Part shown: positions 33,141 through 43,629 of the stretch, piece after piece
Position numbering within the stretch: the stretch's first letter is position 1
Layout of the letters: the number at the start of each line of letters is the position of its first letter
From: Nitrospirota bacterium
GTDB lineage: Bacteria > Nitrospirota > Nitrospiria > SBBL01 > JAADHI01
NCBI GenBank assembly: GCA_029261195.1
Contig: JAJDBU010000025.1
Span: 104,874 to 168,873 of the forward strand
DNA length: 64,000 bases
Direction: 5' to 3'
Program-made: the position numbers and the translations under genes
The notes under the pieces: model-generated
Seen by the model: only the letters and a program-made list of their open reading frames with translations
What the model was told of the DNA's origin: nothing
Database searches by the model: none

Positions 33141-33395
33141 ATGAAAACCTTGCACATCCTCAGAAAAATCTCTGACCCTCTTGCGATTGAAACAATCACT
33201 GCAGAGCGAAAGAATGCTGAAGTTGTCCTTTTGTTGATACAGGATGCTGTGCTTGCAAAGGGGAATTTCCCGGATGCAACCTACGTTTCAGAGGAAGATC
33301 TTTCGGCGCGAGGCGGAGAAACACCGTACTGCACGATCAATGCACACGGCATGGCAAGTCTGATCATGGATTGTGATCGAGTGATCACATGGTAA
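33141..33395 (+). CDS. DsrH/TusB-like protein
   Basis: The likely start is MKTLHILRK (the track ORF starts at 33096). Contains VVLLLIQDAVLA..EEDLSARGG, the typical DsrH/TusB pattern. Confidence 0.55.
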   Translation: MKTLHILRKISDPLAIETITAERKNAEVVLLLIQDAVLAKGNFPDATYVSEEDLSARGGETPYCTINAHGMASLIMDCDRVITW

Positions 33396-33503
33396 GGGCT
33401 TGTAGGAAATAAGACCTCTGTCATTGATTTTTTCTGTCATTTTCGGGTATAAGCATACCGATGTAAATCACTGATCTTCCCGCCTCGTTTTGGAGAATAA
33501 ATA

Positions 33504-33860
33504 ATGACTGCATATGAGGAAAAAACGGAAAAAGCAGAAAAAAGAGAAAAGAAACGTCACCACCAACGGCTGTTTATCCGATTCGGACTAAACAGCCGAG
33601 ACCATATCGGAGTGGTTTTTGACCTCTCTGCGCTTGGTCTTTTTGTCAGGTCAAGTACTGTCTTCCCGCTTCGGACACAGCTTGATATTGAATTGAAACT
33701 CCCCGATGATCGTGCCATCATCTGCGCCGGGAAAATTGTGTGGGTAAAACGTCTTTTCCCCGAAACAGATCATATCAATAATAAACAGGGGATGGGTATA
33801 AAACTATTTGAAGCCCCTGCAAGCTATCAAACTTTTGTTGAGGGCTTGCACTCACTCTGA
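33504..33860 (+). CDS. PilZ-domain c-di-GMP receptor
   Basis: 118 aa with RHHQR (RxxxR) followed by DLSALG (D/NxSxxG) at the expected spacing. Confidence 0.7.
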   Translation: MTAYEEKTEKAEKREKKRHHQRLFIRFGLNSRDHIGVVFDLSALGLFVRSSTVFPLRTQLDIELKLPDDRAIICAGKIVWVKRLFPETDHINNKQGMGIKLFEAPASYQTFVEGLHSL

Positions 33861-34024
33861 GTGAGTGATTTCTTTTAAGTCCTACCAAGCAATATCGACT
33901 ATTGCCTTCTTAATACGGCTCGTTCGACCTCCAACTCTTCAAGCTCAATGAGCCATCGTGAAAAGAGATCTCTCTCCTTGACAATTTATCTCAAAAAAAG
34001 TAGCCTCTTGCCCTAGGAATTGGC

Positions 34025-34294
34025 ATGGCGACCTTACAAAGATCATTCAAATTATTATTTTTTTTCATCCTGCTGGGGGGTTTTCTAGGTGGAATCCTAA
34101 GCGAGATACTTCAACGCTTATCTCCTGAAGGATTCCTGCCCGATATCTTTGTAAAGGGCTTCGCCATCGGTCTGAATCCGCCCTTCGCAATCGATCTTCA
34201 TATCATCACCTTTACAATTGGATTCACCTTTACCATTAACCTGCTCACCTTGCTGGGCATCTTCTTAGGTGTCTTCACCTACAAACAAGCGTAA
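34025..34294 (+). CDS. Small membrane protein (DUF4321-like)
   Basis: 89 aa with two hydrophobic helices flanking ..GLNPPFAIDLHIITFTIGFTFTINLLTLLGI. Family assignment is from memory only. Confidence 0.5.
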   Translation: MATLQRSFKLLFFFILLGGFLGGILSEILQRLSPEGFLPDIFVKGFAIGLNPPFAIDLHIITFTIGFTFTINLLTLLGIFLGVFTYKQA

Positions 34295-34299
34295 CGTCC

Positions 34300-34327
34300 G
34301 TAGGGGCACGGCATGCCGTGCCCCTAC
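34300..34327. repeat. Perfect 28-bp palindrome, REP-like
   Basis: GTAGGGGCACGGCA|TGCCGTGCCCCTAC lies between the convergent stops of the small membrane gene and uvrB. It has the same termini as the 24233 element. Confidence 0.75.
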
Positions 34328-34339
34328 AATTGCGTCACC

Positions 34340-36343
34340 TTAAGCCCCCTCCAGAATTTCCATCTCATCCAGTGTTTTAATCCGGTCACGCAACTCTGCG
34401 GCCCGCTCATATTCCAGAAGCCGCGCTGCCGTCTGCATCTCTTGTTTAAGTGATGTAATCAGTTTTGAGCGTTCTTTCTTTGGAATATAGAGGGCCTTCT
34501 CTTCCGAGACCACAGAGGGGCTCAGATAGTCTCGCTCAATCTCCCGGCGAAGATCCTCCGGAACCCTCTTTTGGATGCTTTCGGGGGTAATATCATGTTT
34601 TAAATTATATGCGGTCTGGATGTCCCGTCTCCTCCCGGTCTCCTCAATGGCCTTTTGCATCGATTCGGTTATTCGATCCGCATACATAATCACCTGTCCG
34701 AATACATTCCGCGCCGCCCGGCCAGCAGTCTGAATCAGGGAGCGATGAGAACGAAGAAAACCTTCCTTGTCGGCATCCAGAATGGCAACCAGCGACACCT
34801 CCGGTAAATCAAGCCCCTCCCGCAAGAGATTAATGCCGACAAGCACATCAAACTTCCCCAGGCGAAGATCGCGGATAATTTCCATCCGTTCGATGGTTTT
34901 AATATCCGAATGCAGGTATTGAACGGCAACACCCACTTCTTCGTAATATTCAGTCAAATCTTCCGCCATCCGCTTCGTGAGTGTCGTGGCCAGGACCCGC
35001 TCTGAGCGGGCCACCCGCTTTCGGATTTCGGCAAGCAGGTCGTCTACTTGGCCACGGGCGGGTTTGACAATAATTTCGGGATCAATCAGGCCAGTCGGAC
35101 GAATGACCTGCTGGATGACCCGACCTTCTGATTTATTCAATTCGTAGGGCCCGGGTGTCGCCGAAACATAGATGACCGAGTGCATGAACTGCTCAAATTC
35201 AGCAAACCTTAAAGGGCGATTATCCAGGGCCGAGGGTAAGCGAAAGCCGTAGTCCACCAGGTTTTTTTTTCTCGAATGATCGCCTTCATACATCCCGCCG
35301 ATCTGAGGCACGGTGGCATGGCTTTCGTCGATCAACAAGAGAAAATCTTTCGGCAGGTAATCCAGCAGAGTGGGGGGAGGCTCTCCGGTTGAACGTCCTG
35401 AGAGATGACGAGAGTAGTTTTCGATGCCCTGGCAGTAACCGATCTCCCGAATCATCTCAAGATCAAAACCGGTTCGCTGTTCGATCCGTTGGGCTTCCAG
35501 AAGCATCTTCCGGTCGTGAAAATATTTAATCCGCTCCTGCAACTCTGCTTCAATGCCGTACAGCGCATGCTCAAGCCGCTCCGGCGGGATGACGTAGTGA
35601 CTGCCGGGATAGATGGCGATTTTTTCAAGACGCTGAGTGATGACTCCGCGCAAAGGGTCCACCTCGACAATGTTTTCGACTTGATCCCCGAAAAATTCGA
35701 TCCGGATCGCGAGCTCATCGGAAGCGGCAGGAAAGACTTCGATCAGATCGCCCCGAACCCGAAAAGTCCCCCGATGGAAGTCGATGTCATTCCGTTCATA
35801 TTGGATGTCTACCAGTTTTCTCAGGACAGCATCCCGCTCAATCTCCTGACCTTCCTCCAGATAGACCAACATGCCGTGATAGGCCTCGGGTGAACCCAGG
35901 CCGTAAATGCAGGAGACCGACGCAACAATGATAATATCGTTTCGTTCTAGTAGAGAACGGGTTGCGGCATGACGCATCCGGTCGATGGCGTCGTTGATGG
36001 AGGAATCTTTTTCAATCAGGGTATCGGTGTGAGGAATATAGGCTTCGGGCTGGTAATAGTCGTAGTAGCTCACAAAATAGGCGACTTCGTTCTCCGGGAA
36101 AAAATCCTTGAACTCACGATAAAGCTGGGCGGCGAGGGTTTTGTTATGGGCGATAACGAGTGTGGGTTTATTGATGTTGGCAATGACATTTGCAAGAGAA
36201 AAGGTTTTCCCGGAGCCGGTGACACCCAGTAGTACTTGATGAGGAACACCGGAAGCGACCCCTTCGGACAAAGCGGCAATCGCCCTCGGCTGGTCCCCCC
36301 GAGGCGCAAAATGGGAATGAAGCTGGAATGATGCCATTGACAA
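34340..36343 (-). CDS. uvrB: Excinuclease ABC subunit B
   Basis: 667 aa. Contains [13 protein letters not shown], helicase motifs, a beta-hairpin region and the C-terminal UVR domain ([17 protein letters not shown]). Confidence 0.97.
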   Translation of the reverse strand: MSMASFQLHSHFAPRGDQPRAIAALSEGVASGVPHQVLLGVTGSGKTFSLANVIANINKPTLVIAHNKTLAAQLYREFKDFFPENEVAYFVSYYDYYQPEAYIPHTDTLIEKDSSINDAIDRMRHAATRSLLERNDIIIVASVSCIYGLGSPEAYHGMLVYLEEGQEIERDAVLRKLVDIQYERNDIDFHRGTFRVRGDLIEVFPAASDELAIRIEFFGDQVENIVEVDPLRGVITQRLEKIAIYPGSHYVIPPERLEHALYGIEAELQERIKYFHDRKMLLEAQRIEQRTGFDLEMIREIGYCQGIENYSRHLSGRSTGEPPPTLLDYLPKDFLLLIDESHATVPQIGGMYEGDHSRKKNLVDYGFRLPSALDNRPLRFAEFEQFMHSVIYVSATPGPYELNKSEGRVIQQVIRPTGLIDPEIIVKPARGQVDDLLAEIRKRVARSERVLATTLTKRMAEDLTEYYEEVGVAVQYLHSDIKTIERMEIIRDLRLGKFDVLVGINLLREGLDLPEVSLVAILDADKEGFLRSHRSLIQTAGRAARNVFGQVIMYADRITESMQKAIEETGRRRDIQTAYNLKHDITPESIQKRVPEDLRREIERDYLSPSVVSEEKALYIPKKERSKLITSLKQEMQTAARLLEYERAAELRDRIKTLDEMEILEGA

Positions 36344-36500
36344 AACTACCCTTGATGATCGTCGCCCACTATAACATAGGGTTTCGGTGACACTGGATGT
36401 TCCTGACTTTTTTCAGATTGACATTTGGAAAGGCGATTCGCGACAATAGACCGTTCTGACTCCAGTAAGCCGCGAAAATAAAACGGATTAGCCAATACGC

Positions 36501-38525
36501 ATGGACCACTCAGTCGACCTCAGTCGATTTAACTGGCAACAAATTCAAAAGGCGCTCTCTGTCCTCTGTGGCCTTCCTCTCTTTATTTATGACCCTGTAG
36601 AAAACCGGCCTCCGACACCCAAAACTCAGGACACGCCCGCTTGCTTCCTGGTACAGGGAGTGGGGCAAGAAACGGCCTGTCTCGACAATTATCGGAACAA
36701 AATCGCTCTTGCCATCAAGACTCAGCAAATCCTGTTTTTTAAATGTCAGGCCAATTTAAACAATTTCGTCATTCCGATTCGCCTTTCCAAGGGAGTCGAT
36801 TACGCCTTAGTCGGCGGAAGAACCTACAGCACACATGCAGATGCCGCCGCATTCAAGGAAGAGGCTATCCGGCGAGGCATCTCCACGGATCAACAAAGCG
36901 CCCTGGATGAAAACCGGCCCATTAGAAGCGAAGCAGCGCTTCAGCTTGTTGTAGAAAATCTTCAAACACTTGGTACAATCCTGTTAGAAAACATTCATCT
37001 ACGCAGTCAATATCAATCGAAATCATCCCATCTGAGCACCCTGATTGATGTGTCGAATCAGTTCAGAAAAGACCTCTCGCATTCCATGCATTACATTACC
37101 CTCCTCAACACAATCGGGAGCCTCTTTCATCTAAAAAGTGCCGGAATTTTTCACCAGGGCCTCCAAAAAAGGGTCTATCGAAACATCGCCTCCTTTGGTG
37201 AAAAAAAGACCGCCCTGCATCAGTCTGAAATTCTCCTGGATCACTTACTCCAAAAAGAAAGTCTGACCGAAGAAAGTGTGAGTAGAAACAAAGAAGAAGC
37301 ACTTGAGATCAGCGACCCTGCGTTGTTACACGTCGCCCAATTTCCGGAAGGCACGCAGAGTTGTCATCTCTTCTCCCTTTCGGATGATGGGCGGTCAAAG
37401 ATTTGCCTCGTGATTCTCGACACAGAGTTAAAGAATGACAACATCAAAATGATCACGTCCTTCTGCCAGCAGGCGGGCGCAGCAATCAAGACCCTCTCTC
37501 TGCAAACTCAGATTGCCGACCGGCGGAAAACGATTCACTCCCTTTCAGATCTGGGCACCTTCGATACTCAATTGCGACAAGGCGCACTTTGCAGCAACCT
37601 CTTGGAACAGACCACTCAGATTCTCGGGGCCGACCAGGGTTCCCTTATGGTCTACGATGATACAAAAAATGAGCTCATCGTTATGGCGATGAAAGGAATA
37701 AACCCTTCTTTGTTTTCCCTCTTTAATGTCAAACCGGGGGAAGGCATCGCAGGAAAAGTCTATCAAGACGGCCTTCCCCTCCTAGTTGAAAATGCCGGAC
37801 AAGACCCTCAGATTCACCCCACAGCGCGCCCACGATACAAGACCGATTCCTTTGTCATTGTCCCCCTGAAAAAAGCAGGGCGAACAAGCGGTCTGATCAG
37901 CATTGCCGATAAGGCAGACGGCACTGCCTTTTCGGAAGAAGACCTCGACCTTTTACAGGCGATGAGTAGCTTTATCACTATGGCAATGGACCGCTCAGCG
38001 CTTCATGAAAAGGCAGAGGAATTGAGAGAAATCTCGATTACCGATCCCCTGACCGGGCTATTGAACCGCCGCTATTTTCAGGAACGGCTGCTGGAAGAGA
38101 TCGAACGCTGCAAGCGGCATGAGCTTCCGGTCTGCCTCATTATGATCGATATCGATGACTTCAAGCAGGTTAATGATACTTATGGCCACTTGAAAGGAGA
38201 TGAAGCCATCAAATCGCTCGCAGCCACCCTGCGGAAAACAATCCGGTCGATCGATGTCGCTTCCCGTTACGGAGGTGAGGAATTTACCGTCATCCTGCCG
38301 CAAACCGATAAGGAAGATGCTCATCGCATTGCAAAGCGGCTCTGCGAATCGTTTTCGATGGAGGGTACGGCCCAGCTCGGCATTCCCAGCATAACCATCA
38401 GTGTCGGCCTCTCCAGTTTTCCCGAAGATGCGGAGACGATCAATGGCCTGATCGACAGCGCCGACCGGGCGCTCTACCAGGCGAAACACAGCGGAAAAAA
38501 CCGGGTTATTGTGTTTAAAGGCTGA
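36501..38525 (+). CDS. Sensor diguanylate cyclase (N-terminal sensor region + GAF + GGDEF)
   Basis: 674 aa. GAF-like region at aa ~350-500. GGDEF domain with DPLTGLLNRRYF, RYGGEEF and an I-site RSID 5 residues upstream of GGEEF. Confidence 0.9.
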   Translation: MDHSVDLSRFNWQQIQKALSVLCGLPLFIYDPVENRPPTPKTQDTPACFLVQGVGQETACLDNYRNKIALAIKTQQILFFKCQANLNNFVIPIRLSKGVDYALVGGRTYSTHADAAAFKEEAIRRGISTDQQSALDENRPIRSEAALQLVVENLQTLGTILLENIHLRSQYQSKSSHLSTLIDVSNQFRKDLSHSMHYITLLNTIGSLFHLKSAGIFHQGLQKRVYRNIASFGEKKTALHQSEILLDHLLQKESLTEESVSRNKEEALEISDPALLHVAQFPEGTQSCHLFSLSDDGRSKICLVILDTELKNDNIKMITSFCQQAGAAIKTLSLQTQIADRRKTIHSLSDLGTFDTQLRQGALCSNLLEQTTQILGADQGSLMVYDDTKNELIVMAMKGINPSLFSLFNVKPGEGIAGKVYQDGLPLLVENAGQDPQIHPTARPRYKTDSFVIVPLKKAGRTSGLISIADKADGTAFSEEDLDLLQAMSSFITMAMDRSALHEKAEELREISITDPLTGLLNRRYFQERLLEEIERCKRHELPVCLIMIDIDDFKQVNDTYGHLKGDEAIKSLAATLRKTIRSIDVASRYGGEEFTVILPQTDKEDAHRIAKRLCESFSMEGTAQLGIPSITISVGLSSFPEDAETINGLIDSADRALYQAKHSGKNRVIVFKG

Positions 38526-38593
38526 AACCATTATGAAAGACCAAGTGCCCAGTTATTTTACTCTCCCCCCTTTTGATACCTTTTTGCCCTCTC

Positions 38594-39706
38594 ATGAAAA
38601 TACTTGAGCTCTGCCTTTCTCCATCGCTTGGCGGCTTGGAACTCTACATGTTCCGAAGCGCCAAAGCCTTGTCGGAAACTGATTCTGTTCTGTCTATTCT
38701 CCATCCGAGCGCAGAGCTTAGAGCGGTCTTCCAGAAAGAAGGTCTTTCCTTTCTTACCGAAAAAACCGGGTTTTACTCCCTTCCACTCCTGGCTGCAAGA
38801 AGGCTCGCCAAACGGATTGATGAACGTCAAATTGATGTCATTCACATGCATTGGGGAAAAGACCTGGCGCTTGCGGCATTGAGTTGCTGGTTTTCCAAAA
38901 GCAAACCCCGACTCATTTATACCCGTCAAATGAAGATGACCCGGAGTAAAAACGACCCTTACCATAACTTCCTCTACCGTCAGATGGACCGCATGCTGGC
39001 GATTACTGACAGGCTTGCGAATGAGGCAAGAGGTTTTTTAAACCCTGAAGATGCCAAAAAGGTGAAGCGGCTTTATTACGGTGTTGAAGCGCCGGACGCC
39101 GTTTTAAGTGAGGAAAAACGGAAAAAGATACGACAGGGCTTCGGCATTGATGACGAGACCTTCCTGGTCGGACTCTTCGGGCGCATTGAGAGAGGTAAGG
39201 GTCAATACTTGCTCATTGAGGCCCTGGCCCGTGCCCATATCCATGCAAAACAGCATCTCCACATCGCGGCCTTGATCGTCGGACATGCGATGGAAGCCTC
39301 CTACTTGAAAGAACTCAAAACACAGGTCGCCCGCCTGGGCTTGCAGGATAATATTTTTTTTGAAGGTTTTGTTGAGCAACCGCAAATCTGGATGCAGGCC
39401 TGTGATTGTGTGGTCTTAGCCTCTCATGAAGAGACCTTCGGATTGGTCCTGGTCGAAGCGATGCTCTCGGGTATTGCCGTGATCGGTAGCGATCGCGGTG
39501 GCGTTCCGGAGATTATTGAAGACGGAAAAAGTGGTCTTCTGTTTAAATCGGGAGAGAGTGACGCGCTTTACCATGCCCTTGTTCGCTTTGCAGAAGATCG
39601 GAACTTTCGTCAAAAAACTGCCGAGGCAGGACAAGACAGGGCGACGAGGCTCTTTGATAAAAACACGCACTACCTGAACCTTCGACAAGATCTCCGATCA
39701 AACTAA
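38594..39706 (+). CDS. Glycosyltransferase family 4 (GT-B)
   Basis: MKILELCLSPSLGGLE.. with the C-terminal EETFGLVLVEAMLSGIAVIGSDRGGVPEII (the EX7E-type motif). Confidence 0.85.
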   Translation: MKILELCLSPSLGGLELYMFRSAKALSETDSVLSILHPSAELRAVFQKEGLSFLTEKTGFYSLPLLAARRLAKRIDERQIDVIHMHWGKDLALAALSCWFSKSKPRLIYTRQMKMTRSKNDPYHNFLYRQMDRMLAITDRLANEARGFLNPEDAKKVKRLYYGVEAPDAVLSEEKRKKIRQGFGIDDETFLVGLFGRIERGKGQYLLIEALARAHIHAKQHLHIAALIVGHAMEASYLKELKTQVARLGLQDNIFFEGFVEQPQIWMQACDCVVLASHEETFGLVLVEAMLSGIAVIGSDRGGVPEIIEDGKSGLLFKSGESDALYHALVRFAEDRNFRQKTAEAGQDRATRLFDKNTHYLNLRQDLRSN

Positions 39707-40744
39707 TAGATATTTTGTAGAAATCACTCTCGCCGCTTCTTTGACATCAATGGACTGCATATCCTCCGTGTGAACCTCCTCCGGCGGTGAAAAACTGAGG
39801 CGACGAGCGGGGCTGTTTAATGTCTGCCAGCGGATGGCTGTTGCGGAGCGCCGCCGCGTGTAGAATGCGACCGTCGGTACATCCAGGGCCCCTGCGATAT
39901 GCAAGGGGCCGGTCGAACCGCTGATAAAAAGGTCGGCAAACTGGATATGCTCAGCAAAGAGGCGCAGTCCTGAAGTTGAGTGATACAGCAAATGAGGGAT
40001 GTCGACGAGTTGTTTGCACAGTGCTTCAGCCTGCTCCAATTCGTTTGGGCCGGCAGTGACGACGATAGTCTGCTGCCGAGTTGATCGTAGATTGATCACC
40101 AGTTTTGCAAATTGTTCAATCGAAAGATTAGTGGCCGAGCCGCCGCTTCCGGGGTGTATGAAAATCAAACCTTGATTCGGGGGGATTGCATGTAGGAGGC
40201 AAAAGCTCTCCTTTAATTGTGCCGTCCCTCTCTCATCGAAACGCAGGAAAGGGGGCGCAGGATCGGCAGTCATCTGTATATTCTGTGATTTAAGGAAATA
40301 TCGAATCAGATCGAGATTGTACTGAAATTCAGATTTTTCTGAACGGGAACGACGTTGCACAAGGCGATGATTGTAGAAAATCTGTGCAAACTTGCTCGCC
40401 GGAGCGAGCCGATAGGGAATACCCGCGAGCAAACCACCTAAACCAACACGGCTCGTCGAAAAGAGGGTCAGCATCGCATCAAAATTTTCCTTGCGTATCA
40501 TCCTTGCCAGTGTGAATGCTGAGGGCCAAAGGCCTCGAGGCGCAGGATCAATCAAAACCCGGTCGATTGCGGGGCAGAGTTCAGCCATGTCGGCAGTATA
40601 AGAAGGTACCAGGGCAGAAAGATGTATATTCGGCAGGGCCATTTTTAGAAGGACAAAACCGGGCATGGCGAGCATGAAATCGCCCAGCTTGTCGTTTCGG
40701 ATGATGAGTATTTTTTTCGGAGGTTTCGGGTCGGATCGATTCAA
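39698..40744 (-). CDS. Glycosyltransferase family 9 (LPS heptosyltransferase-like)
   Basis: 348 aa. Contains KKILIIRNDKLGDFMLAMPGF, IHPGSGGSATN and SGSTGPLHIAGALDVPTVAFY. Confidence 0.85.
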   Translation of the reverse strand: MNRSDPKPPKKILIIRNDKLGDFMLAMPGFVLLKMALPNIHLSALVPSYTADMAELCPAIDRVLIDPAPRGLWPSAFTLARMIRKENFDAMLTLFSTSRVGLGGLLAGIPYRLAPASKFAQIFYNHRLVQRRSRSEKSEFQYNLDLIRYFLKSQNIQMTADPAPPFLRFDERGTAQLKESFCLLHAIPPNQGLIFIHPGSGGSATNLSIEQFAKLVINLRSTRQQTIVVTAGPNELEQAEALCKQLVDIPHLLYHSTSGLRLFAEHIQFADLFISGSTGPLHIAGALDVPTVAFYTRRRSATAIRWQTLNSPARRLSFSPPEEVHTEDMQSIDVKEAARVISTKYLLV

Positions 40745-40930
40745 TGTGATGTTTTCTCCCTTGTGTATCTAAAGCGTCTATTTTATGATCTCCCGCATTA
40801 AAAGCAAGGATAAAAAAAGGGAGTCTATACGGCTTTATGTTGAAGTCTCGACTTGTGAGCTTTTTGGTGAGATCGCGATTCTTGAAATCAAACCGAGAAA
40901 CTGAATAGGAGACACAATTATGATGAGCTC

Positions 40931-42226
40931 TTGGTTCATCTCTCCCAGAGTGTTTGTGCATTTATGGTAAGAACATTATTCTCTGATTTAGAGTCGGATT
41001 GGCAAAGTCGGCTCACCTTGGTCCTTATTTTTCTCTTCCCCATCTCCGTGGCAACCGTGAGCCATGCAGGAAGTACGATTTATGCCCTACTTTTTTTGAT
41101 GAGTTTAGTGCATTGTACAGGGGGCTGGGACAAACTCAGTTATCGTGAAAAACAATTTTTAATGGGTTTCGTTCTTTTCTTTTTTTTCTCACTATCATCC
41201 CTACTCATGACTCAAGATATGCACGAAGGCGTGAAAAGAATAGAACGGTATCTCCGACTGCTTGGACTGATTCCCATTTACCTCATGTTAAGAAAAAAGG
41301 AAATTTCTTCGGCCAGGTTTTATTTGGCCGGGGCTTTTTTGGCAGTGTTTGTAATGGCCGCACAGGCCTTATATGAGGTCGAAGTCCTTAAACACCCTAT
41401 TGCTTCCGGTGCTTACCACAAAATTATTTTTGGAAATCAAGCGATCTTGTGTGCGGCTTTTGTGGCATGCGCTGTCATGTTCTTTGGTAAACATCGCTTG
41501 CACTTTTCTTTGGCCTTACTTGCTGTGCTGGCGGGCGCTTACGCAAGTATATTATCAGGAACGCGGACCGCATGGTTGTTTGTGCCCTTTATTCTGATTT
41601 GTTTAGTGATACTCTACCGGAGGAGAATTAAGCGCCGAATTTGGACCTATTTTCTTTCCGGTGGGCTCATCATGATTTTTTTCCTCATTACAGTTCAACC
41701 GGAACGTCTTGTCAGCGGCTTCGAAGCGGGTTGGAATGATTTGAAGGTTTTTCGTGAAGACCCCGACAAACATACTTCCCTGGGCGCACGGCTTGTCATG
41801 TGGAGAAATAGCCTGCTCATCTTTAAGGAATCGCCCATTCTCGGAACAGGCATGGGTGATTTTAAAAACGACTCTCTCATGCTTTTTGAAAAGGGTTTAT
41901 CATACAAAAATGATTTTGCCGTTCGTCAAGCCAATGCACACAATCTTTATTTTCAATTGTTGGCCGAAGGAGGATTAATTGGTTTAACCCTGTTAGTCAC
42001 TGCCATATTCATTTTGCCGTTTAAGTTGTTACATGCATTGTGGAAGAGTTCTGAAGATCGAATGCTTCGGTGTTATGCCTTATCGGGTTTAATCGGCATT
42101 TTGGCCTTTGTTTGGTTTGGCGTTAGCGAAAGCTGGGTGAATCGAAACCCAATGATCACCACTTATTGTCTGACAGTCCTGGTTTTTTTATCCAGTGCTG
42201 TCAATCGATCTGAAGGGAAAATATAA
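40931..42226 (+). CDS. O-antigen ligase / Wzy_C family polymerase-ligase
   Basis: 431 aa with ~10 TM segments, a SGTRTAWLF.. periplasmic loop and NAHNLYFQLLAEGGLIG. Confidence 0.75.
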   Translation: MVHLSQSVCAFMVRTLFSDLESDWQSRLTLVLIFLFPISVATVSHAGSTIYALLFLMSLVHCTGGWDKLSYREKQFLMGFVLFFFFSLSSLLMTQDMHEGVKRIERYLRLLGLIPIYLMLRKKEISSARFYLAGAFLAVFVMAAQALYEVEVLKHPIASGAYHKIIFGNQAILCAAFVACAVMFFGKHRLHFSLALLAVLAGAYASILSGTRTAWLFVPFILICLVILYRRRIKRRIWTYFLSGGLIMIFFLITVQPERLVSGFEAGWNDLKVFREDPDKHTSLGARLVMWRNSLLIFKESPILGTGMGDFKNDSLMLFEKGLSYKNDFAVRQANAHNLYFQLLAEGGLIGLTLLVTAIFILPFKLLHALWKSSEDRMLRCYALSGLIGILAFVWFGVSESWVNRNPMITTYCLTVLVFLSSAVNRSEGKI

Positions 42227-42302
42227 CGAACCTTTCGATCACATTGAATTTTATTAGTTTTTCTTCAAGCGACTTTATAATCAGTTTTTTTATATGTAAC
42301 TG

Positions 42303-43629
42303 CACTACTGTCCCGTTAAATTATCGAATAAATTCAATTGGTTAGGCATGTTGCATTCCTCTGTTCTGGATGTGCTTCCCGTAAGCAACTGATTTAATGG
42401 AGTTTTCTCGAACAGGGTCAAGCTGAGTACCTGTAAAATTGTGTAGAGATCGGCATTGATATTGAGGCGTTTTCTGATAATTGCAACAAGCACATAAACC
42501 GAAATCGCAATCCAGATTTGTGTTTTGACGGCATTTTCTGATGTGCCGAAGAACGACTTGATGCGCAGATGTTGCTTGATCCATTTGAAAAAGAGTTCCA
42601 CCTGCCAGCGGTAGCGATACAGGTCGGCCACGGTATGTGCCGGAATGGCGAAATTGTTGGTCAGAAAGTTGAAGGTAAGTCCCGTCTGGTGGTCGTGGTA
42701 TTTGATGCGGCGTAGCGGCTGAGGATAGTCGTCTGCTGTATTGACTCCGGTTAGCACAATGGTTTGATCGCATCTCAGTCCGCTTGATTTGTCTACCTGC
42801 CGGGAGTAGCGACGGCGGTATTTTGTATTGGACTTGGCGCGGATAACGAAGAAGGCCCCTACCGTATGCAGTGTGAAGAGCCGTCCGAAATCCACGTAGC
42901 CACGGTCCATGATGTAAAAAGCTCCCGCCTCTGGCAGTAGTATATCGAGGATGTTGACGTCGTGTAGCTTGCCGTCGGAAAGATGGATAAAGGTCGGGAT
43001 GTTGCCCCGAAGATCGAGTAGCGTGTGTAGTTTCACCGCAGATTTGGTGGAACGAAATAGTGCCCAGGGAAAAACTGAGAGACAAAGGTCGATTGTTGAA
43101 GCGTCGAGTGCATAGACTGTGTTGTCGAGTTCGAGACCTAAATCTTCGTCTGAATAAAGCGGCCGTGCGATACGGATCAGGGCATGAGCAAAGTCGGCGT
43201 AGATATGCCAGTCGCGCTTTTCGTTGGCCTTGGATAAAGTGCTTCGTGCCACACTTTCGGACCGAATCCCCATATGGTAAAGCTTGCTCTGATGGGCACG
43301 AAGACAGACTGCGATATCGCGAAGGCTCTCGCGGTACGTCAACTGAGCGAAGGCCATAACGAGAAATTGGTCGAGACAGCGGAATTGCTTTACATAGCGT
43401 TCGCCTTGATACCGTGCGACATCTCTCCGGAAAGTATGTAGGGGCAGGTGATCCATGACCTGCGAAAAAACGAGTTTGCCTGTATACATATTTATCCTCC
43501 ATGGGAATATAGAGGATAATGCGGAGATTTATTTTACAGTTCAAGTCGGTAACACCCATAAAATGCTTATTTTTCTTTAAAAAACATTATGTTAGAGCCG
43601 GCTCATGTAACTTTAACGGGACAGTAGTG
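42303..43629 (-). mobile_element. IS4-family insertion sequence (~1.33 kb)
   Basis: Perfect 18-bp terminal inverted repeats CACTACTGTCCCGTTAAA at 42303..42320 and 43612..43629 (complement). A single DDE transposase ORF lies inside. The flanks carry an imperfect direct repeat tTTATATnnAACTG at 42289..42302 and 43634..43647. Confidence 0.85.
42305..43489 (-). CDS. IS4-family DDE transposase (DUF4372 N-domain)
   Basis: 394 aa. N-terminus MYTGKLVFSQVMDHLPLHTFRRDVARYQGERYVKQFRCLDQFLVMAFAQLTYRESLRDI. DDE residues are in YALDASTIDL, FYIMDRGYVDF and YRYRWQVELFFKWIK (Y-2-R-3-E-6-K). Confidence 0.9.
   Translation of the reverse strand: MYTGKLVFSQVMDHLPLHTFRRDVARYQGERYVKQFRCLDQFLVMAFAQLTYRESLRDIAVCLRAHQSKLYHMGIRSESVARSTLSKANEKRDWHIYADFAHALIRIARPLYSDEDLGLELDNTVYALDASTIDLCLSVFPWALFRSTKSAVKLHTLLDLRGNIPTFIHLSDGKLHDVNILDILLPEAGAFYIMDRGYVDFGRLFTLHTVGAFFVIRAKSNTKYRRRYSRQVDKSSGLRCDQTIVLTGVNTADDYPQPLRRIKYHDHQTGLTFNFLTNNFAIPAHTVADLYRYRWQVELFFKWIKQHLRIKSFFGTSENAVKTQIWIAISVYVLVAIIRKRLNINADLYTILQVLSLTLFEKTPLNQLLTGSTSRTEECNMPNQLNLFDNLTGQ

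Noticed and set aside
33849-33876. Hairpin plus T-rich run after the PilZ gene as a terminator
   Set aside because: Only a 5-bp effective stem (CTCAC/GTGAG) remains once a minimal loop is allowed, and the T-run is interrupted. This is too weak to report as a feature.
42342-43559. 405-aa ORF overlapping the IS transposase in another frame on the same strand
   Set aside because: Its composition is Arg/Ser/Pro-rich with no DDE motif. The 394-aa frame carries the complete DUF4372 and DDE(YREK) signature, so a second overlapping product is not supported.
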